Position numbers and translations under genes: made by a program. The notes under the pieces are model-generated. The model saw nothing but the letters and a program-made list of their open reading frames with translations, was not told where the DNA came from and did no database searches. Below, one piece after another: positions 9,130 through 12,625 of a stretch of DNA of 12,625 bases (its first letter is position 1; every line of letters begins with the position of its first letter). The stretch comes from a candidate division WOR-3 bacterium (GTDB taxonomy: Bacteria; Hydrothermota; Tepidihabitantia; Tepidihabitantales; JAOUPE01), in the NCBI GenBank assembly GCA_039801565.1, contig JBDRUX010000073.1, positions 1-12,625 on the forward strand. The letters are read 5' to 3'.

Positions 9130-9467
9130 CCTCCTGCCCTGAATCTAAAAACTAGTCTCACTGACTGGTATTTCAGAAAGCTCAGGGCAAATTTTTGCCG
9201 GGTCTTACACTCTTCTTTCTTTTTGCTTGACCCATTAAAAGCAAGAAGAAAGCTTAAAGGGACAGTTAAGCTTACCACCAAGCACTCAGCCACCATTGCG
9301 CAAAAGCCCGAAGCTCTGGTAACTTATTTGCCGTACTATTACACTCTCCGCTATCCAGGACCTATTTGTTTTTTGGGGAAAGCTGAGGACTTCTCCAATT
9401 AGTCCTTTATGGAAAGTTACTGATATCAGAACGAATGCTAATCCCAATAAACTGTTCCTTTAAGTAC
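9130..9467 (-). ncRNA. Candidate structured RNA / long 5' leader of the RRM gene
   Basis: Spans the promoter to the SD. Complementary segments: 9450-9464/9253-9267 (14/15), 9432-9439/9281-9288, 9414-9420/9319-9325, 9401-9406/9386-9391, plus hairpins 9215-9252 and 9135-9189. Confidence 0.5.
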
Positions 9468-9473
9468 GATATA

Positions 9474-9501
9474 ATTATACTTAAATTTAAAGGCTTGTCA
9501 A
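9474..9501 (-). promoter_or_regulatory. Consensus sigma70 promoter driving the leader/RRM gene
   Basis: Minus strand TTGACA (9501-9496), 16-nt spacer, TATAAT (9479-9474), with an AT-rich upstream region. Confidence 0.8.
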
Positions 9502-9860
9502 TAAGCAAAATGATTTTAATTTCGTCACAGCCATCGTATTCAGAGGTAAGATTATTATAAATTGGCAATTATTAAAATCCATAACCGTCGGATTAGGAAT
9601 GTCGACTCGTTAACACCCAAGATGTAGCAGGAAAAGCGGCAAGAGAAATTGTTTTTTTCCGAACCCAGTCGCAACGACAACGAAGTGAAAAATATCTCTA
9701 ACAGGAATCAATCCAGGAATTTATTATTTCTTAAAACTCTACAACCAGAGTAAAAAGTTTCTGATTGTGAAATAGGTGAACGATTTAAACAATTGAACTA
9801 TTTGAACTATTCTTTAACGCAACCCAAGAATCAGCGATTAGTGAAAATAATGAGGCAGGA

Positions 9861-10083
9861 GAGGGGGTAGCTTATGAGGTAGCCTACGGGGTAACCCCCG
9901 TGCTTGCTCCCCGGGTTGCTTCCCAAGTTACCTACCGAGCCGCCCCCAAGGTCGCCTGCGAAGTCGCTCCCTAACCTGCTCCCTAACCAATCTCCGAAGC
10001 AACCTACCAAGTAACTTAGGAGGCAGCCTACGGAGTAGCTAAGGGAGTCGCCTACGGGGTCACCCCCTATACGATACCCCCTC
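9861..10083. repeat. Degenerate 12-bp tandem array (17 units, 9864-10067) bounded by a 9-bp inverted repeat
   Basis: Units such as GAGGTAGCCTAC, GGGGTAACCCCC, CAAGTTACCTAC and GGAGTCGCCTAC keep an unbroken 12-nt register. About 61% GC by hand count. Flanked by GAGGGGGTA (9861-9869) and TACCCCCTC (10075-10083). Confidence 0.9.
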
Positions 10084-10150
10084 CCTAAAGGAAAATTAGC
10101 GTAACCGACGGACGATTAACAAGATAGAAGAAAAAATCGGCCAATTTTGG

Positions 10151-10168
10151 GTTGAAATATATTTCAAC
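10151..10168. promoter_or_regulatory. Perfect 18-bp palindrome, candidate operator
   Basis: GTTGAAATATATTTCAAC equals its own reverse complement. It lies ~45 bp upstream of the candidate ECF promoter. Confidence 0.5.
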
Positions 10169-10212
10169 TTTTTACTAAAGAGATGGCAGAACTTTTAACC
10201 TTAACAATTTCT

Positions 10213-10240
10213 TGTCACATTTTTGAAAATCGCCGTCTAA
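10213..10240 (+). promoter_or_regulatory. Candidate ECF-type (autoregulatory) promoter
   Basis: TGTCAC-15 nt-CGTCTAA about 60 nt upstream of the sigma ATG. It resembles ECF -35 TGTxAC / -10 CGTC elements, though the spacer is slightly short. Confidence 0.45.
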
Positions 10241-10302
10241 TTATAGTGAAGAAATCGCTAATGGACAAAGGGAATAAATTTGTTTAGGATTGTGGAGTAA
10301 GA

Positions 10303-10851
10303 ATGAAGGTCTTTAAATTAGATGAGGATGCCTTATTAGTTGCCCGCGCTAAGGATGGTAGCGAACAGGATTTGTATCTACTTTGGCAGAAGTATCAAGA
10401 ACGGTTATACCGGATTTGCCGGTTAAGACTCGGTAATGAATTGGATACTGAAATGGCGCTGGGAAAGATTTTGGAGAAATTCCTTGTCGGATTTCCGAAG
10501 TTTAAAGGCAGGTCATCATTTAAAACTTATCTCTATACCATCGCCAATAATGTTATCGTTGATTTCTTAAGAAAGCGAAGAAATGACCCAAAAATGGTTA
10601 ATATTGAAACAATTGCTGATATTCCTGCCCCTTTGCCTGAAAATTCTTTGTCTTCCGAACTTGTTAGAGAGACAATTAGCCAATTGAAACCAATTTCTCA
10701 AGCAGTTTTGATTTATCGTTATTATGAGAATCTTTCGTTTAAGGAGATTGGTAAAATTCTTGGTAAGAAAGAAGCCACCGTGCGCAAGTTGGCACAGAGA
10801 GCCCGCCAGGAATTTTATCGCCTTTTCAAAAAATTCCGAAAGGAGGAATGA
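10303..10851 (+). CDS. ECF (group 4) sigma70-family RNA polymerase sigma factor
   Basis: 182 aa. Region 2: DEDALLVARAKDG..LWQKYQERLYRI..KFKGRSSFKTYLYTIANN.IVDFLRK. Region 4: ISQL...QAVLIYRYYENLSFKEIGKILGKKEATVRKLAQRAR. SD GGAG upstream. Confidence 0.93.
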   Translation: MKVFKLDEDALLVARAKDGSEQDLYLLWQKYQERLYRICRLRLGNELDTEMALGKILEKFLVGFPKFKGRSSFKTYLYTIANNVIVDFLRKRRNDPKMVNIETIADIPAPLPENSLSSELVRETISQLKPISQAVLIYRYYENLSFKEIGKILGKKEATVRKLAQRARQEFYRLFKKFRKEE

Positions 10852-11684
10852 GTGGAATGAAGAAAAATGAGTTAACCGAAATCGAAAGAATTGTTGAAGA
10901 GTTTACGAATCTTTTAGCGTCGGGCAAGGCACCGCCAATGGCTGAATTCTTAAAGCGCTATCCAAAGCTAAAAGCAAAACTCCGACCGCAATTAGAAGCG
11001 GTCTTGCATTTGACCGAAACCCGAAAGGCAATGCCCGAAATGCCCGAAACACTGAAACAGAAGTTGCACAATCAGTTCTGGTCCAAAATGATGGCAAAAG
11101 AGAAGAAACGACTTCTCACAATCAAAAAGCGATTAATTAAAGAATCGGCAATTGCGCTTTTACCAATTCAACGAGGAATTGAGTTTTTGTTATTACTCCT
11201 GCACCGTCAAACTGAAGAGTCATTTGCTATTCGGGGCATTACTCGAATTATGAAACTCTTGTTCCTTTTCGAGAAAGAAGCGGAATGTGATAAATATTGT
11301 TCGGATTATTATCAGTTCATCCCTTATAAACTCGGACCATTTGCCCCCAAGGTCTATGAGGACTTAAAGCTCTTGATCGAACTGGGTTTTGTCGAGAAAA
11401 AGGATTTAGATAAAGACGGCATACCTTTAATTTATTTAGAAGATGCCAAGATTGATGAAGGGTTTCGGTTCAATGAGGTGACAACAGTCTATACCTTAAC
11501 CGAATTGGGTAACAAGTATGCGCAAGCATTAGCCAAAGGTCTTGCACCAAAACTGCTGGCAAAGATAAGACAAATCAAGATGCAATTTAGTCCATTATCC
11601 TTAAAAGAACTCTTAAGCTATGTCTATCACCACTATCCGGAATACACCACGCACTCGGAAATCTTAAAAGAGTTATTGCGCTAA
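10848..11684 (+). CDS. Two-domain soluble protein: N-terminal helical (putative sigma-binding) segment + SocA/Panacea(DUF4065)/YwgA-like domain
   Basis: The C-terminal half has GITRIMKLLFL...YQFIPYKLGPFAPKVYEDL..L...GFV...VYTLTELG...LLSYVYHHYPEY, which follows the KLxY/F...GP...Y pattern of SocA-like proteins. No transmembrane helix. The start overlaps the sigma stop; ATG 10857 fits the AAGGAGG SD (10840-10846) better. Confidence 0.7.
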   Translation: MSGMKKNELTEIERIVEEFTNLLASGKAPPMAEFLKRYPKLKAKLRPQLEAVLHLTETRKAMPEMPETLKQKLHNQFWSKMMAKEKKRLLTIKKRLIKESAIALLPIQRGIEFLLLLLHRQTEESFAIRGITRIMKLLFLFEKEAECDKYCSDYYQFIPYKLGPFAPKVYEDLKLLIELGFVEKKDLDKDGIPLIYLEDAKIDEGFRFNEVTTVYTLTELGNKYAQALAKGLAPKLLAKIRQIKMQFSPLSLKELLSYVYHHYPEYTTHSEILKELLR

Positions 11685-11694
11685 CTCTTAAATT

Positions 11695-12459
11695 CTAAGC
11701 CTCTTCTAATGGCTTAAAGCCATAGACCGCATAATAGGGTTGGTGTTCAATCCCAACCTTTTCAATCTGTTGGACAATCTTTTCCAATCGGAGTAAATAT
11801 TCTTCTTTTTTGGTACCCAACAATTCTATCGTATTTTTGAGTTGGCTTACCATTGCCTTGGTTTTTTCCAAAAAGTCCATTTTCGGAAATGGATTGCCGT
11901 TAACTTTTATTTCTCGATTAGCGGACAAAAATAGTTCAAACCCAACATCTCTAAAACCATTGGCTTTGAGATTTTTTACCATCGCTTGGGGTTGGATTAA
12001 ATCAAAATGGTCCTTGCCCAAAGCCCGCTCCACTTCAATCTTTAGTTTATGCAATTCCCGGTAATTGTCCTGTTTTGGATTCATTGCTTGGTCAAGATGG
12101 TCAACACCAAAGAAGAGTCCACCGGGTTGCAAGACCCGATAGACTTCTTGTAATATCCGATTGAGATAGCGAAAATGGTGAAATGACCAATAACTGGTGA
12201 CACAATCGAAAGTATCTTGGGGAAAACGTAAAATCGTGCCATCCATAATCTTCAATCGTAGTCGTTTGCGATACCGAAATAATAATTTCCGCCCTTGGAG
12301 AATACATTCTTCACACGAGTCAATCGCCACAACCCTCGGAAATAGTTCAGTTAATGGGAAAGCAGACTGTCCTGAACCCGTGCCAATATCTAAAGCAAGA
12401 TAACTCGGCCGAGAGCGAATTAAATCTTTTAATAGTTCAAAATGGTTAAGATGCGCCAT
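11695..12459 (-). CDS. Class I SAM-dependent methyltransferase
   Basis: LALDIGTGSG (motif I), VVAIDS, MDGTILRFPQDTFDCV..YWSFHH and EVYRVLQPGG. Confidence 0.9.
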   Translation of the reverse strand: MAHLNHFELLKDLIRSRPSYLALDIGTGSGQSAFPLTELFPRVVAIDSCEECILQGRKLLFRYRKRLRLKIMDGTILRFPQDTFDCVTSYWSFHHFRYLNRILQEVYRVLQPGGLFFGVDHLDQAMNPKQDNYRELHKLKIEVERALGKDHFDLIQPQAMVKNLKANGFRDVGFELFLSANREIKVNGNPFPKMDFLEKTKAMVSQLKNTIELLGTKKEEYLLRLEKIVQQIEKVGIEHQPYYAVYGFKPLEEA

Positions 12460-12473
12460 TGGATTTAGAATCA

Positions 12474-12539
12474 GTTTTTGGTTGTTGGTTTTTGGTTTTT
12501 GGTCTATAATCTAATAACAAAAAACCAATAACTAACAAC
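12474..12539. repeat. Heptamer tandem repeats in inverted arrangement (4 + 4 units), forming a long hairpin
   Basis: TTTTTGG TTGTTGG TTTTTGG TTTTTGG, then TCTATAAT, then CTAATAA CAAAAAA CCAATAA CTAACAA. Confidence 0.8.
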
Positions 12540-12542
12540 ACT

Positions 12543-12623
12543 TTAATCAAGGTTTCCTCTCAAATATTCTAATACTTTTTTGATATCGTCGGGTAGTGGT
12601 GAGGTGAATTCTAAATACTTTTG
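12543..12623 (-). CDS. 3' end of a probable RluA/RluD-family pseudouridine synthase (truncated by window edge)
   Basis: The minus frame reads QKYLEFTSPLPDDIKKVLEYLRGNLD*, matching the typical RluD C-terminus (..LEFxAPLPxD..xxL..LR). Only 26 aa are visible. Confidence 0.65.
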   Translation of the reverse strand, partial: QKYLEFTSPLPDDIKKVLEYLRGNLD

Positions 12624-12625
12624 GG

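Noticed and set aside
9114..9296. 60-aa minus ORF overlapping the RRM start (also plus ORF 9082..9402)
   Set aside because: No SD and no recognisable family. It runs through hairpin-rich sequence better explained as RNA structure. A uORF role remains possible but is unsupported.
9348..9366. UAGGUCCUGGAUAGCGG resembles SRP RNA domain IV (CAGGUCCGGAAGGAAGCAG)
   Set aside because: The GNRA tetraloop is missing (a single U between UCC and GGA), so the SRP hairpin cannot form.
9864..10067. CRISPR or TIGR-like guide array
   Set aside because: The period is only 12 nt with ~5 variable nt, no 24- or 36-nt higher-order conservation is visible, and there is no cas, Tas or TnpB-like gene in the window.
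9582..10112. TAACCGTCGGA (9582) versus TAACCGACGGA (10102) as direct repeats flanking an insertion
   Set aside because: Only a 10/11 match over ~520 bp, with no transposase or other boundary evidence. Compatible with chance.
9831..10115. Stop-free minus-strand frame (94 codons) across the 12-bp array (..GGDPVGDSLSYSVGCLLSYL..)
   Set aside because: No ATG/GTG start or SD near its 5' end, and the in-register plus frame has three stops. Openness is explained by the GC-rich repeat. A decayed tetrapeptide-repeat gene cannot be fully excluded.
11685..11694. Terminator between the convergent SocA-like and methyltransferase genes
   Set aside because: The gap is only 10 nt and no hairpin is visible.
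1550..12403. Other short ORF-track entries (1550, 3833, 5147, 5732, 6157, 7748, 8659, 8895, 10903, 11810, 12101, 12197)
   Set aside because: They are antisense or out-of-frame overlaps with well-supported genes or regulatory elements, and have no motifs.

Overview
AT-rich bacterial chromosomal window with three parts. (1) 1-4641 (+): the tail of a surface-polysaccharide cluster: a 5'-truncated SAM methyltransferase, an O-antigen ligase/Wzy-like membrane protein, a Wzx flippase and a divergent GT4-like glycosyltransferase. (2) 4729-9501 (-): housekeeping genes wecB and polA (natural Tyr at the Taq F667-equivalent position, degenerate proofreading domain), a possible 51-aa ORF, and a single-RRM RNA-binding protein. 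The RRM gene has an exact-consensus sigma70 promoter, a ~345-nt highly self-complementary leader and an intrinsic terminator. (3) 9850-12625: a GC-rich array of 17 degenerate 12-bp units with a palindromic RGYNRCY core, a perfect 18-bp palindrome and an ECF-type promoter. These precede a two-gene module: an ECF sigma factor with an atypical DTEM motif, and a soluble protein combining a Planctomycete-kinase-like N-terminal helical segment with a SocA/Panacea(DUF4065)/YwgA-like domain. A convergent methyltransferase and the 3' end of an RluA-family gene close the window. The best candidates for undescribed biology are the ECF + SocA-like module with its upstream array/operator and the structured RNA upstream of the RRM gene. 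All family calls are from motif recognition by eye; no database searches were run.
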